Assembly (NCBI GenBank): GCA_944385715.1
Contig: CALWYI010000001.1
Location: 1 to 56,883, forward strand
Length of the DNA: 56,883 nt
Direction: 5' to 3'
Source: an uncultured Oscillospiraceae bacterium
Lineage (GTDB): Bacteria > Bacillota > Clostridia > Oscillospirales > Oscillospiraceae
The position numbers were made by a program, and so were the translations under genes. The notes under the pieces were generated by a model, which was not told where the DNA came from, ran no database searches, and worked only from the letters and a program-made list of their open reading frames with translations. Below, piece by piece: positions 34,682-44,448 of the stretch; positions within the stretch are counted from its first letter, which is position 1; every line of letters begins with the position of its first letter.

Positions 34682-36208
34682 CTATTGTTCGGGATGCTGC
34701 TTGCTGCGGGGACGCCGCCTGCGGCGACCGTCCGCCGAGGCCATGAGCCGGCCGATGGGCCGGGGGTCGGAGGTGAGGCGGCGAACCTTGGGGGGCTGGG
34801 GGACAGCCACCTCCGGCGGGGGGAGGGGGACCTGCGCCGCCGGGACCTCCCGCTGACCGGAGGGCCTCCGGGCGGAGACAAGGGGCGTTTCCGGTCCGGG
34901 AGCGGACTTTTTGGCGGCGGGCGCCATCGGCGCCGGGGCTTTTTCCGCCCCGGCGGCGGGTTTGGCGGACTTGTCCTGAGCCTTGTCCGGAGCGTTGGCG
35001 CCTCCGGCGGCCTGCTTCTGCCGCTCCGCCCGGGGCGGACGAGGCGGGCGCACCGCCTTGGGGGTGGCCTCGAAGATCTCCATGGGCCAGGGGTGGTCCT
35101 CCACCACCGGCACCTTCTTGCCGATAAGCTTTTCGATATCCTTGAGGTAGGCCAGCTCGTCGAAGTTGCAGAAGCTGATGGCGATGCCGCTGCGGCCCGC
35201 CCGGCCGGTGCGGCCGATGCGGTGGACGTAGGTTTCCGGCACGTTGGGAAGCTCATAGTTGATGACGCAGCCTAGCTCGTTCACGTCGATGCCCCGGGCG
35301 GCGATATCGGTGGCCACCAGGATGCGGATGGCCCCGCTCTTGAAGCTCTCCAGGGCCTTCACCCGGGCGCTCTGGCCCTTGTTGCCGTGGATGGCCATAG
35401 CGGCGATGCCGCTGCGGCCCAGTTCCTTCACCACCCGGTCCGCCCCGTGCTTGGTGTTGGTGAACACCAGCACGCTGTCCAGGGACGGGTCCTGGAGGAT
35501 GTGCTGGAGGAGGTGCTTCTTGTTGGCCTTGTCCACCTTATAGAGCCGCTGGTCGATGGCCTCCACCGTGGAGGACTGGGGGGTCACCTCCACCCGGACG
35601 GGGTCGATGAGGATGGTCTTGGACAGCTCCGCAATCTCCTGGGGCATGGTGGCGGAGAAGAGAAGGGTCTGGCGCTTCTTCGGCAGCCGGGCGATGACCT
35701 TCTTCACGTCGTGAATGAAGCCCATGTCCAGCATCCGGTCCGCCTCGTCCAGCACGAAGGTCTCAATGCCGGTCAGATCGATGTGGCCCTGGCTGCACAG
35801 GTCGTTGAGACGGCCGGGGGTGGCCACCAGCACGTCCACGCCCTTCTCCAGGGCCTCCACCTGGGGCCCCTGGCCCACGCCGCCGAAGATAACGGTGTTG
35901 CGGATGGAGAGGTACTTCCCGTACAGGTCGAAGTTCTCCTTGATCTGGAGGGCCAGCTCCCGGGTGGGGGTCAGCACCAGGGCCCGGATGGGCCGGTGGG
36001 ACCTGGTCACCCGGCCGTTGAGCCGCTGGAGGATGGGGATGGCGAAGGCGGCGGTCTTGCCGGTACCGGTCTGGGCGCAGCCGATCAGGTCCCGGCCGTC
36101 CCTGACCGGGGGGATGGCGGCGGCCTGGATGGGGGAGGGGGCCTCGTACCCCATCTCGTCCACTGCCCGCAGCAGCTGGGGCAGCAATTGTAATTCCTGA
36201 AATGTCAT
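34682..36208 (-). CDS. DEAD-box ATP-dependent RNA helicase with basic/Pro-rich C-terminal tail
   Basis: Q motif [41 protein letters not shown]. Confidence 0.95.
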   Translation of the reverse strand: MTFQELQLLPQLLRAVDEMGYEAPSPIQAAAIPPVRDGRDLIGCAQTGTGKTAAFAIPILQRLNGRVTRSHRPIRALVLTPTRELALQIKENFDLYGKYLSIRNTVIFGGVGQGPQVEALEKGVDVLVATPGRLNDLCSQGHIDLTGIETFVLDEADRMLDMGFIHDVKKVIARLPKKRQTLLFSATMPQEIAELSKTILIDPVRVEVTPQSSTVEAIDQRLYKVDKANKKHLLQHILQDPSLDSVLVFTNTKHGADRVVKELGRSGIAAMAIHGNKGQSARVKALESFKSGAIRILVATDIAARGIDVNELGCVINYELPNVPETYVHRIGRTGRAGRSGIAISFCNFDELAYLKDIEKLIGKKVPVVEDHPWPMEIFEATPKAVRPPRPPRAERQKQAAGGANAPDKAQDKSAKPAAGAEKAPAPMAPAAKKSAPGPETPLVSARRPSGQREVPAAQVPLPPPEVAVPQPPKVRRLTSDPRPIGRLMASADGRRRRRPRSKQHPEQ

Positions 36209-36320
36209 GAGTGATCCTTTTTCTATTGATTTTGCCTGTTCAGGCGCGGAATGCCCTCTATTCTAGCACATCTTTCTGAAAAAGGCAAATCATTGGCGGA
36301 AACGGGGCGCCGCGGCCCGG

Positions 36321-36362
36321 AAAAAGAGAGGGATCTCCGCAGCTTCAGCTGCGGAGATCCCT
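36321..36362 (-). terminator. intrinsic terminator of ackA
   Basis: 15-bp stem agggatctccgcagc/gctgcggagatccct; minus strand tail ctctcttttt. Confidence 0.8.
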
Positions 36363-36384
36363 AAAATTTCTCAATACCGGGAAC

Positions 36385-37575
36385 TTACTTCTGGCAGAGA
36401 GCGGCGGTATCCATGGCGATCATGAGCTCCTCGTTGGTGGGGATGATGAAGATCTTCACCTTGGAGTCGTCGGCGGAGACAACAGCCTCCTGGCCGCGGA
36501 CCTTGTTCTTCTCCACGTCCATCTTGATGCCCATGTACTCCAGACCCTCGCAGATCTTGGCACGCAGGTCGGCGGAGTTCTCACCGATGCCGGCGGTGAA
36601 GAGGATGGCGTCCACGCCGCCCATGACGGTGGCGTACGCGCCGATGTACTTCTTCACCTCGTAGATGAACTTGTCCAGAGCCAGCTGAGCGCGGTCATTG
36701 CCCTCCTCGGCGGCCTTCTCCAGGTCACGGAAGTCGGAGCTGACGCCGGAGATGCCCAGCACGCCGGACTTCTTGTTGAGGATGTTCAGCATCTCCTTGA
36801 TGTCGTAGTTGTAGCGGCCCATGAGGTACTCCAGGATGGTGGCGTCCACGTCGCCGGAGCGGGTGCCCATGGGGAAGCCGGCCAGAGGCCCGAGGCCCAT
36901 GGAGGTATCCACCACCTTGCCGTCCACAACAGCGGCCAGGGAGGAGCCGTTGCCCAGGTGGCAGGAGATCACGCGGCTGTGCTCGGGGTTGCCCAGCATG
37001 TCGATGGCCCGGGCGGACACATAGCGGTGGGAGGTGCCATGGAAGCCGTAGCGGCGGACGTCATCCTTCTCATAGTACTCGTAGGGGATGGCGTAGATGT
37101 AGGCCTTGGGGGGCATGGTCATATGGAAGGCGGTGTCGAACACGGCCACCTGGGGGGTGTTGGGCATGATCTTCTGGCAGGCCCGGATACCCATGAGGTT
37201 GGCGGGGTTGTGGAGGGGGCCCAGGGGGATGCACTTCTCGATGGCGGCGATACAGGCGTCGTCGATGATGCAGCTCTCGGTGAAGGCGGCGCCGCCATGC
37301 AGGACGCGGTGGCCCACAGCGGCGATCTCGTCGGTGGAGGCGATGACGCCCTTCTCGGGATCCACCATGATGTCCAGCACGGACTGGATGGCCTCGTTGT
37401 GGGTGGGCATGGGGATGTCCATCACCACGTTCTCACGGCCGGGGACCTTGTGGGTGAGCCGTCCGTCGATACCGATACGCTCGCAGAGACCCTTGGCGAA
37501 AACCTCGCCGCCGTCAGACTCCATGAACTGGTACTTCAAAGAGGAGCTGCCGGCGTTGATAATCAGAATTTTCAT
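36385..37575 (-). CDS. ackA: acetate kinase
   Basis: MKILIINAGSSSLKYQ, FHGTSH, EEGNDRAQLALD signatures. Confidence 0.95.
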   Translation of the reverse strand: MKILIINAGSSSLKYQFMESDGGEVFAKGLCERIGIDGRLTHKVPGRENVVMDIPMPTHNEAIQSVLDIMVDPEKGVIASTDEIAAVGHRVLHGGAAFTESCIIDDACIAAIEKCIPLGPLHNPANLMGIRACQKIMPNTPQVAVFDTAFHMTMPPKAYIYAIPYEYYEKDDVRRYGFHGTSHRYVSARAIDMLGNPEHSRVISCHLGNGSSLAAVVDGKVVDTSMGLGPLAGFPMGTRSGDVDATILEYLMGRYNYDIKEMLNILNKKSGVLGISGVSSDFRDLEKAAEEGNDRAQLALDKFIYEVKKYIGAYATVMGGVDAILFTAGIGENSADLRAKICEGLEYMGIKMDVEKNKVRGQEAVVSADDSKVKIFIIPTNEELMIAMDTAALCQK

Positions 37576-37638
37576 GGGTAAACTCTCCTATCTTTCTTTA
37601 TTGTTATTGTTTTGTTAACTTTGTTTCCGTACTGTGGC

Positions 37639-37667
37639 TTGCATTTACAGCAGGAGACGTTTAAAAT
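37639..37667 (+). promoter_or_regulatory. sigma-A promoter for tmcAL
   Basis: TTGCAT - 17 nt - TAAAAT. Confidence 0.6.
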
Positions 37668-37780
37668 AGTCACGATTCATATTGTAGACCATTCCGGCCG
37701 GTTAGACAACTGTTTTTTCGGAATTTTTTCCGAAAAAATTCCGGAACCGGCCCTCTGCGTGCGGGAAGGAGGGACAGGCT

Positions 37781-38986
37781 GTGGCCGTGGCGGGCATCAT
37801 CGCGGAATACAACCCCTTCCACCGGGGCCATCAATGGCAATTGTCCGCCCTGCGGGGACAGCTGGGCCAGGACACCGACGTGGTGGCCGTCATGAGCGGG
37901 AACTTCGTCCAGCGGGGGGACCTGGCCATTCTGGAGAAGACCGCCCGGGCGGAGGCCGCCCTCCGGTGCGGGGTGGACCTGGTGCTGGAGCTGCCCACCC
38001 CCTGGTCCTGCGCCACGGCGGAGCGGTTTGCCCAGGGGGGCGTGGCCCTGCTGGCGGCCTGCGGAGTGGTGACCCATCTGGTATTCGGCAGCGAGTGCGG
38101 GGACCTGGACGCCCTTTGGCGCGCCGCCCAGTGCCTGGACGGGGAGGCGTATCCCGAGGCTCTGCGCCGCCTTCTTTCAACGGGAATGACCTTTGCCGCC
38201 GCCCGGCAGGCGGCGGTGGACCAGCTGACGGACGGCGGGGGAGGATGTCTTGCCCAGCCCAACGACAATCTGGCGGTGGAGTATCTCCGGGCCCTCAGCC
38301 GCCTGGACAGCGCCGGAGGCCTGGAGCCCGTGACCTTCCGCCGGGTGGGCGCTGCCCACGACAGCGCGGAGCCGGGGGCCTATGCCTCCGCTTCTTATAT
38401 CCGGGATATGCTCCTTGCGGGGAATGACGGTTGGCGGGAGAGCATGCCGGAGGAATCCGCCGCCGTTGTGGACCGGGAGATCTCAGCCGGCAGAGGTCCG
38501 GTGTCCCTTGCGGGCTGTGAGCGGGCGGTGCTGGCCCGGCTGAGGACCATGGGGGAGGAGGAGTTTGCCCCCTACGACGGCGGAGGCGAGGGCCTGTACC
38601 ACCGCTTTTACCGGGCGGTCGCCGCGGGGCGGACCCTGGATGAGATCATGGAGGAGGCCAAGACCAAGCGCTACACCCTGGCCCGTCTGCGGCGGCTGAT
38701 GCTCCACAGCTATCTGGGCATCTCCCCGGCGGAGGCGGCGGACACGCCGCCCTATCTGCGGGTGCTGGGGGCCAACGAGCGGGGGAGAAAGCTCCTGCGG
38801 CGGATGGCGGCGGAGGCGTCCCTGCCGGTGGTGACCCGGCCGGCTTCGGCCAGGACCCTGGGGCCGGAGGCCCAGGCCCTCTTTGACCGGGAGGTCCGCT
38901 GTACGGACCTCTACACCCTGGCCTATCCCCGGCTGAGCCAGTCGGTCCCGGGCAGCGAGTGCATGGGCGGGCCGGTGATGCTCTGA
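37781..38986 (+). CDS. tmcAL: tRNA(Met) cytidine acetate ligase TmcAL (YlbM/UPF0348)
   Basis: GTG start; AGIIAEYNPFHRGHQWQL nucleotidyltransferase HxGH motif, VAVMSGNFVQRG. Confidence 0.85.
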   Translation: MAVAGIIAEYNPFHRGHQWQLSALRGQLGQDTDVVAVMSGNFVQRGDLAILEKTARAEAALRCGVDLVLELPTPWSCATAERFAQGGVALLAACGVVTHLVFGSECGDLDALWRAAQCLDGEAYPEALRRLLSTGMTFAAARQAAVDQLTDGGGGCLAQPNDNLAVEYLRALSRLDSAGGLEPVTFRRVGAAHDSAEPGAYASASYIRDMLLAGNDGWRESMPEESAAVVDREISAGRGPVSLAGCERAVLARLRTMGEEEFAPYDGGGEGLYHRFYRAVAAGRTLDEIMEEAKTKRYTLARLRRLMLHSYLGISPAEAADTPPYLRVLGANERGRKLLRRMAAEASLPVVTRPASARTLGPEAQALFDREVRCTDLYTLAYPRLSQSVPGSECMGGPVML

Positions 38987-39010
38987 TACCTCCTGGGGAA
39001 GGAGACTGCC

Positions 39011-39871
39011 ATGAAGCGATGGAAAGCTATTTTACTTGCCTGCCTGCTGTGCGCGGCGGCCGCCTGCGGCGGCGCCAACAACGCCGCCAATGTGGTGGTG
39101 CAGGACACGATCAAGAACACGCTGCTGCTGCAGCCGGAAACGGAGCCGGAATATGAGCTGACGCCCCTGGTGGAGGAGAAGACCTACACCGCCGAGGACG
39201 GCACGGTGCTGGCGGAGTGCGCCTGCACGCTGCTGGAGCTGAGCGTCAGCAATCCGGAGGAGCTTTCGGAGGACGCCGCGCAGCAGGCTCAGCAGACGGC
39301 TGAGAATTTCAATGAGCGGATGAAAAAGCGGCTGCAGGAATCGGCAGCCTTTGGCGAGGAATTGGGCAATATGGCCAGGGGCGTATACGAGGACGGCCAT
39401 TTGGATTACGCGTATAGGAATGAAATCCGAATGTCCGCCCGGCTCCAGGGCAGGATCTACAGCATACGGGTCAGCTCCAGCGGGTATACGGGCGGCGCCC
39501 ATCCCAACAGCTATACGGACAGCTACCTCTTTGATCTGAAGCTGGGCCAGTTTATCGACCCCGCTCAGGTGGCGGACGACCCGGTGGCCTTCCAGAAGGG
39601 GGCGGCAGAGCTGCTGCTGGAAAAGGCCGGCGAGCAGGATGAGGAGGTCCGGGCGGGTTACTACCCGGAGTACGCGGAGGTCATCACCAACTGGTACGAG
39701 GGGACGGTGCTCTTTGACAGCGCGGGTATGACGGTGGTGTACTCCCCCTACGAGCTGGGACCCTACGCCCTGGGCACCGTGGAGCTGCAGGTGGGGTACG
39801 ACGAACTGGCGGAGCTGCTGGGCCCCGGCGGCCTTGCGCGGCTGGGCCTTGCGGAGACGGAGGCGGAATAG
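39011..39871 (+). CDS. lipoprotein with DUF4163/DUF3298-like (PdaC C-terminal type) region
   Basis: MKRWKAILLACLLCAAAACGG lipobox; ...SGYTGGAHPNSY... motif typical of DUF3298. Confidence 0.7.
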   Translation: MKRWKAILLACLLCAAAACGGANNAANVVVQDTIKNTLLLQPETEPEYELTPLVEEKTYTAEDGTVLAECACTLLELSVSNPEELSEDAAQQAQQTAENFNERMKKRLQESAAFGEELGNMARGVYEDGHLDYAYRNEIRMSARLQGRIYSIRVSSSGYTGGAHPNSYTDSYLFDLKLGQFIDPAQVADDPVAFQKGAAELLLEKAGEQDEEVRAGYYPEYAEVITNWYEGTVLFDSAGMTVVYSPYELGPYALGTVELQVGYDELAELLGPGGLARLGLAETEAE

Positions 39872-39932
39872 CCGCCGGTAAAGAACGGAAAAGCGAATGC
39901 GGCGGCGAGGAGGCGTCCTCCTTTGCGCGCAG

Positions 39933-39963
39933 AAAAGCGGTGAGGCATGTCCTCACCGCTTTT
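39933..39963. terminator. bidirectional intrinsic terminator
   Basis: aaaagcggtgagg-catgt-cctcaccgctttt, A/T runs on both sides. Confidence 0.8.
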
Positions 39964-40012
39964 GTGTTTCAGATGGTGCGGAGCACGCCGGATGCATATG
40001 CACGGCGGGCAA

Positions 40013-41545
40013 TCAGCGGGGCGGGGCGCTCTCCTGCCGCTCCAGGATATACAGGGACAGCGTCAGATAGAGCCGCTGCCAGGGGTCCTCCAGGTCCGCC
40101 CCCAAGAGGGGCTGAATTTTTTTCAGCCGGTAGAGTAGGGTGGTGCGGTGGATGATGAGGGCCTGGGAGGTGCTGGGGATGTCCCGCTCATGGAGGAGAT
40201 AGGCCCGCAGGGTCTCAAAATACTGGGTGCCCTTTTCCCGGTCATGCTCCACCAGGGCCAGCAGCCCCGGCGCCACCAGATGCCGGGGCTGCAGCGGCGG
40301 CGCCACGCTGTTGAGCAGATAGTCCATGGCGCAGTCGGAGAAGAACAGGATCCACTTCTCGCTGCGCAGCTGGAAGGCCCGCTCCAGAGCCGCCTCCGCC
40401 TGGCGGTAGGCCAGGTACAGATCCCGCAGCCCCGCCGCCGGGGAGGAGATCCCGGCGTACAGGCAGTAGTCCCGGCACAGGGGCGCCAGCCGGTGGCGGA
40501 GCTGGGCCGGGGAGACGGCTTCCCGGGTCATGTCCAGGATCAGGCAGTGCTCCCGGTCCGCGAGCAGGATATAGCTCCCCGGAAAGGTCTGGAAGAGCTC
40601 GCTGTGGAGGGCGTGGTCCAGAAGGGATACCTCACTGATCTCCTGGGCCCGGAGCCGTACGCAGAAGAACCGGTCGTCAAGGTCCCATTGGAGGGTCCGC
40701 AGCAGGCGGCTGAGATCCGCCGGATCCGCCAAGTCCCCCGCCAGAAGCTTGTACACGATCCCATCCATGCTCTGGTACTGCCCCAGGTCCTGCCGCTCCA
40801 GCAGAGACATGGCCCGCTGGCCGAGGAGCTCCGCCAGGAGGAAATCCTGGCGGCGGAAGTCCCGGACCTGCCGGATCACCAGCAGCCTGCCCCGGTAGAT
40901 ATTCCCGTCCCACAGGTTCACGTAGAGAGAGCTGGGCGCGCCGTCGGTCCCCTGCCAGATCCGCGCCTCCCGATGGGCGTAGGTCTCCAGGTAGTCGCTG
41001 TCATGCTTGAAGTCCTCCACGATGGCCCTGGGGACGAAGCCCTTGGCCGAAGGCGCCACATATTCCGGCGTCATCACGTCTGTTATGCCCGGCGACATGG
41101 CGGTCATGATGAACCAGTCGTCGTGGATGCATACCGGGTTGCCCAGCAGGGTCTCCCCCAGCGCGCAAAGCTCCTGAAGCCCCGCGCCCCGGAAGACCAG
41201 CTGGTCGATGCGGAACTGGGCCTCCTGGCAGGAGGAGAAGTAGTTCAGCAGAAGATCCAGCAGAAGATCCACGCTGCAGCCGGGACAGTACAGGTGGTCC
41301 CCCTCCCCGGGTATATCCTCTGTGCTAACATAGGCGTATGTATCCACGGGGAAGTCCGTCTCCGGCCGGACCAGCAGGTACAGGAGGTCCTGCCGCAGCT
41401 CCTTCTGGCCGCTGTACAGCCGGACGCCCTGATACGTCCGTTTCTTGTCCCGGATGAAGCCGCGGCAGGCGACCCCCGCCTGGAGCAGTGCGTCCGCCGC
41501 CATCTCCAGGGTGGGCAGGCAGCGCAGGGAGCGATCTTGCGCCAT
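40013..41545 (-). CDS. PucR/CdaR-family transcriptional regulator
   Basis: 510 aa; C-terminal HTH ...ALIIHRTTLLYRLKKIQPLLGADLEDP; divergent from methyltransferase operon. Confidence 0.8.
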   Translation of the reverse strand: MAQDRSLRCLPTLEMAADALLQAGVACRGFIRDKKRTYQGVRLYSGQKELRQDLLYLLVRPETDFPVDTYAYVSTEDIPGEGDHLYCPGCSVDLLLDLLLNYFSSCQEAQFRIDQLVFRGAGLQELCALGETLLGNPVCIHDDWFIMTAMSPGITDVMTPEYVAPSAKGFVPRAIVEDFKHDSDYLETYAHREARIWQGTDGAPSSLYVNLWDGNIYRGRLLVIRQVRDFRRQDFLLAELLGQRAMSLLERQDLGQYQSMDGIVYKLLAGDLADPADLSRLLRTLQWDLDDRFFCVRLRAQEISEVSLLDHALHSELFQTFPGSYILLADREHCLILDMTREAVSPAQLRHRLAPLCRDYCLYAGISSPAAGLRDLYLAYRQAEAALERAFQLRSEKWILFFSDCAMDYLLNSVAPPLQPRHLVAPGLLALVEHDREKGTQYFETLRAYLLHERDIPSTSQALIIHRTTLLYRLKKIQPLLGADLEDPWQRLYLTLSLYILERQESAPPR

Positions 41546-41778
41546 GGTTTTCCCTCCTTTTTCGGTATCGGTTCCATTTTATCCTTATTTTTGCGGAATG
41601 TAAAGGGTGGAAATGGGAAATCTGTGAAAAATGGCCCGCTGGGATTTGCTTGAATTGACAAAGAAATGAGCCGATGATACCATAATTGTGGAATTATTGC
41701 CCAAGGCTTTTGGTTTTTATCAGGCGTAATTTTGCGGAGAGGCTCCGCAGTATATCAAAATCAAGGGAGGATCATTCT

Positions 41779-42819
41779 ATGCTGACCGCCAAGGAAAACA
41801 TGCGCGAAGTGATTCGCGGCGGCAACCCCGACCGGTTCGTCAACCAGTACGAGGCGATTGCCCTGCTGTTCCACCCCTATCTCATGACCCAGCCGCTGCT
41901 GCAGAAGGGCATGGAGAACGTGGTCAACGGCTGGGGCGTCACCCAGTCCTTCCCCACCAACGCCCCCGGCGCGTTCCCCGTACATACGCCGGACAAGATC
42001 GTGGTCAAGGACATCGAGGAGTGGAAGAAATATGTCAAGGCCCCGTCCCTGAAGTTCCCCCAGGAGCTGTGGGACGCCGCCAAGGCCATGTATGACGCCG
42101 TGGACGGCACCAAGGCCTACAAGGCCTCCTTCATCGCCCCGGGCATCTTCGAGCAGTGCCACTACCTCTGCTCCATTGAGGAAGCCCTGATGAACTACAT
42201 GGAGTACCCCGATGAGATGCACGACCTCATCAAGTACCTCACCGACTGGGAGCTGGAGCTGGCCGAGGGCATCTGCTCCCACCTCCACCCCGACGCCATC
42301 TTCCACCACGACGACTGGGGCAGCGAGCAGAACTCCTTCCTGCGTCCCTCCATCTTCGAGGACTTCTTCCTGGAGCCCTATCAGCAGATCTACCGCTACT
42401 ACAAGGATCACGGCGTGGAGTTCATCATCCACCACTCCGACAGCTACTGCGCCAACATCCTGCCCACCATGGTCGAGATGGGCATCGACGTGTGGCAGGG
42501 CTGCATGAAGTCCAACGATGTGCCGGAACTCATCAAGAAGTACGGCGGCAAGATCGCCTTCATGGGCGAGATCGACAACAAGCAGGTGGACTTCGACGGC
42601 TGGACCCAGGACGACTGCACCAAGGCCGCCGTGGAGGCCATGGAGCGCTGCGGCAACAAGTACTTCATCCCCTGCATCACCCAAGGGGGACCGGGCTCCC
42701 TGTATGCGGGCACCTACAAGGGCATCTGGGACGCCATCGACCGCTACAACTGCGAGAAGTTCGGGCTCAAGCAGGAGGACATCGAGGCCGCCCGCCTGCC
42801 CATGAACATCATGTTTTGA
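41779..42819 (+). CDS. URO-D-family methyltransferase (substrate:corrinoid MT-I type, MtaA/CmuA-like)
   Basis: Start MLTAKENMREVIRGGNPDRF (AGGGAGG RBS); uroporphyrinogen-decarboxylase-like length and pattern (HHDDWGS, HHSDSY). Confidence 0.7.
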   Translation: MLTAKENMREVIRGGNPDRFVNQYEAIALLFHPYLMTQPLLQKGMENVVNGWGVTQSFPTNAPGAFPVHTPDKIVVKDIEEWKKYVKAPSLKFPQELWDAAKAMYDAVDGTKAYKASFIAPGIFEQCHYLCSIEEALMNYMEYPDEMHDLIKYLTDWELELAEGICSHLHPDAIFHHDDWGSEQNSFLRPSIFEDFFLEPYQQIYRYYKDHGVEFIIHHSDSYCANILPTMVEMGIDVWQGCMKSNDVPELIKKYGGKIAFMGEIDNKQVDFDGWTQDDCTKAAVEAMERCGNKYFIPCITQGGPGSLYAGTYKGIWDAIDRYNCEKFGLKQEDIEAARLPMNIMF

Positions 42820-42861
42820 TCCCCGCGGAATCTTTCAAACCACAAGGAGGAAATCACTCCC

Positions 42862-43671
42862 ATGATCATTATCGGCGAAAAGATTAACGGCTCCATCCCC
42901 GCGGTGGCGGACGCCATCGCCCGGCGGGACGCGGAGTTCATCAAGAACCGCGCCATCGCCCAGGAGAAGGCCGGCGCCACCTTCATCGACTGCTGCGCCT
43001 CCGTCCCGGAGGACCAGGAGGTGGAGACCCTCCACTGGATGATCGACTGCATCCAGGAGGTCTGCGACCTGCCCATCTCTGTGGACAGCCCCAGCGCCAA
43101 GGTGCTGGCGGAGGCCTACAAGTTCTGCAACAAGCCCGGCCTCTTCAACTCCGTGTCCGGTGAGGGCAACAAGATCGACATCATCTTCCCCATCATGGCG
43201 GAGAACAAGGGCTGGCAGGTCATCGCCCTCCTCTCCGACGACACCGGCATCCCCAAGAACGCCGCCGACCGTCTGCGGGTCTTTGACCGGATCATGGCCA
43301 AGGCCAAGGAGTACGGCATCTCCCCCAGCCGCATCCACATCGACCCCCTGGTGGAGATGCTCTGCACCTCGGAGAACGGCATCGAGACCAACATTGAGGT
43401 CATCACCACCGTCCGGGAGAAGTACCCCTCCATCCATATCACCGCCGCCGTGTCCAACATCTCCTTCAACCTGCCGGTACGGAAGATGATCAACCTGGGC
43501 TTCACGGTGCTGGCCATGAACGCCGGCCTGGATTCCGCCATCCTGGACCCCACCAACCGGGACATGATGGGCGTGATCTACGCCACCGAGGCCCTGCTGG
43601 GTCTGGACGACTACTGCATGGAGTACATCGGCGCCTACCGGGAGGGCCTGTTCGGCCCCGTGAAGCAGTAA
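42862..43671 (+). CDS. pterin-binding methyltransferase (methyl-corrinoid:tetrahydrofolate MT-II type)
   Basis: MIIIGEKINGSIPAVADAI..., ISVDSP, NSVSGE, pterin-binding (DHPS-like) barrel pattern. Confidence 0.75.
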   Translation: MIIIGEKINGSIPAVADAIARRDAEFIKNRAIAQEKAGATFIDCCASVPEDQEVETLHWMIDCIQEVCDLPISVDSPSAKVLAEAYKFCNKPGLFNSVSGEGNKIDIIFPIMAENKGWQVIALLSDDTGIPKNAADRLRVFDRIMAKAKEYGISPSRIHIDPLVEMLCTSENGIETNIEVITTVREKYPSIHITAAVSNISFNLPVRKMINLGFTVLAMNAGLDSAILDPTNRDMMGVIYATEALLGLDDYCMEYIGAYREGLFGPVKQ

Positions 43672-43731
43672 AAGCGGTTTTTTGACTTTGCGCCGGTCAC
43701 GCCGGCAATAAAATAATAAGGAGATACCATT

Positions 43732-44361
43732 ATGAGTATTGAAACTGTAAATGATCTGGTGATCCGCGGCAAGGCCAAGCTGGTTCCCGCCGCCGTACAG
43801 GAGGCCCTGGACGAGGGCTGCGACGCCACCGCTCTGCTGGATACCATGATCGCCGCCATGGACGTGGTGGGCGAGAACTTCAAGAACGGCGACATCTTTG
43901 TTCCCGAGATGCTCATCTCCGCCAAGGCCATGAAGAAGGGCGTGGAGGTCCTCAAGCCCCACCTGTCCTCTGGCGCCACCGGCGCTCTGGGAAAGGTCGT
44001 CATCGGCACCGTGGCCGGCGACCTCCACGACATCGGCAAGAACCTGGTGGCCATGATGATCGAGTCCGCCGGCTTTGAGATCATCGACCTGGGCGTGGAC
44101 GTGCCTGTGGAGAAGTTCATCTCCGCCGCCGAGGAGAACCCCGATGTGAAGATCGTGGCCGTCTCCGCTCTGCTGACCACCACCATGCCCGCCATGGAGG
44201 CCACCGTGGCCGCCATCAACGCCGCTCCCTGGCGGGGCAACGTGAAGGTGATGGTGGGCGGCGCCCCCATCACCCAGGAGTTCGCCGACAAGATCGGCGC
44301 CGACGCCTACACCACCGACGCCGCCTCCGCCGCCAAGCGGGCCAAGGAGTTTGTGGCGTAA
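43732..44361 (+). CDS. corrinoid (cobalamin-binding) protein
   Basis: B12-binding cap helix bundle then GTVAGDLHDIGKNLV (DxHxxG) and SALLTTT, MVGGAPI motifs. Confidence 0.9.
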   Translation: MSIETVNDLVIRGKAKLVPAAVQEALDEGCDATALLDTMIAAMDVVGENFKNGDIFVPEMLISAKAMKKGVEVLKPHLSSGATGALGKVVIGTVAGDLHDIGKNLVAMMIESAGFEIIDLGVDVPVEKFISAAEENPDVKIVAVSALLTTTMPAMEATVAAINAAPWRGNVKVMVGGAPITQEFADKIGADAYTTDAASAAKRAKEFVA

Positions 44362-44448
44362 CCCCCTTCCCCACGCAGACATACAGACTTGTTACCAGGG
44401 GCCGATGCCGGGCATCGGCCCCTGGATGTTCTTGAAAGGAGGGCTGCC

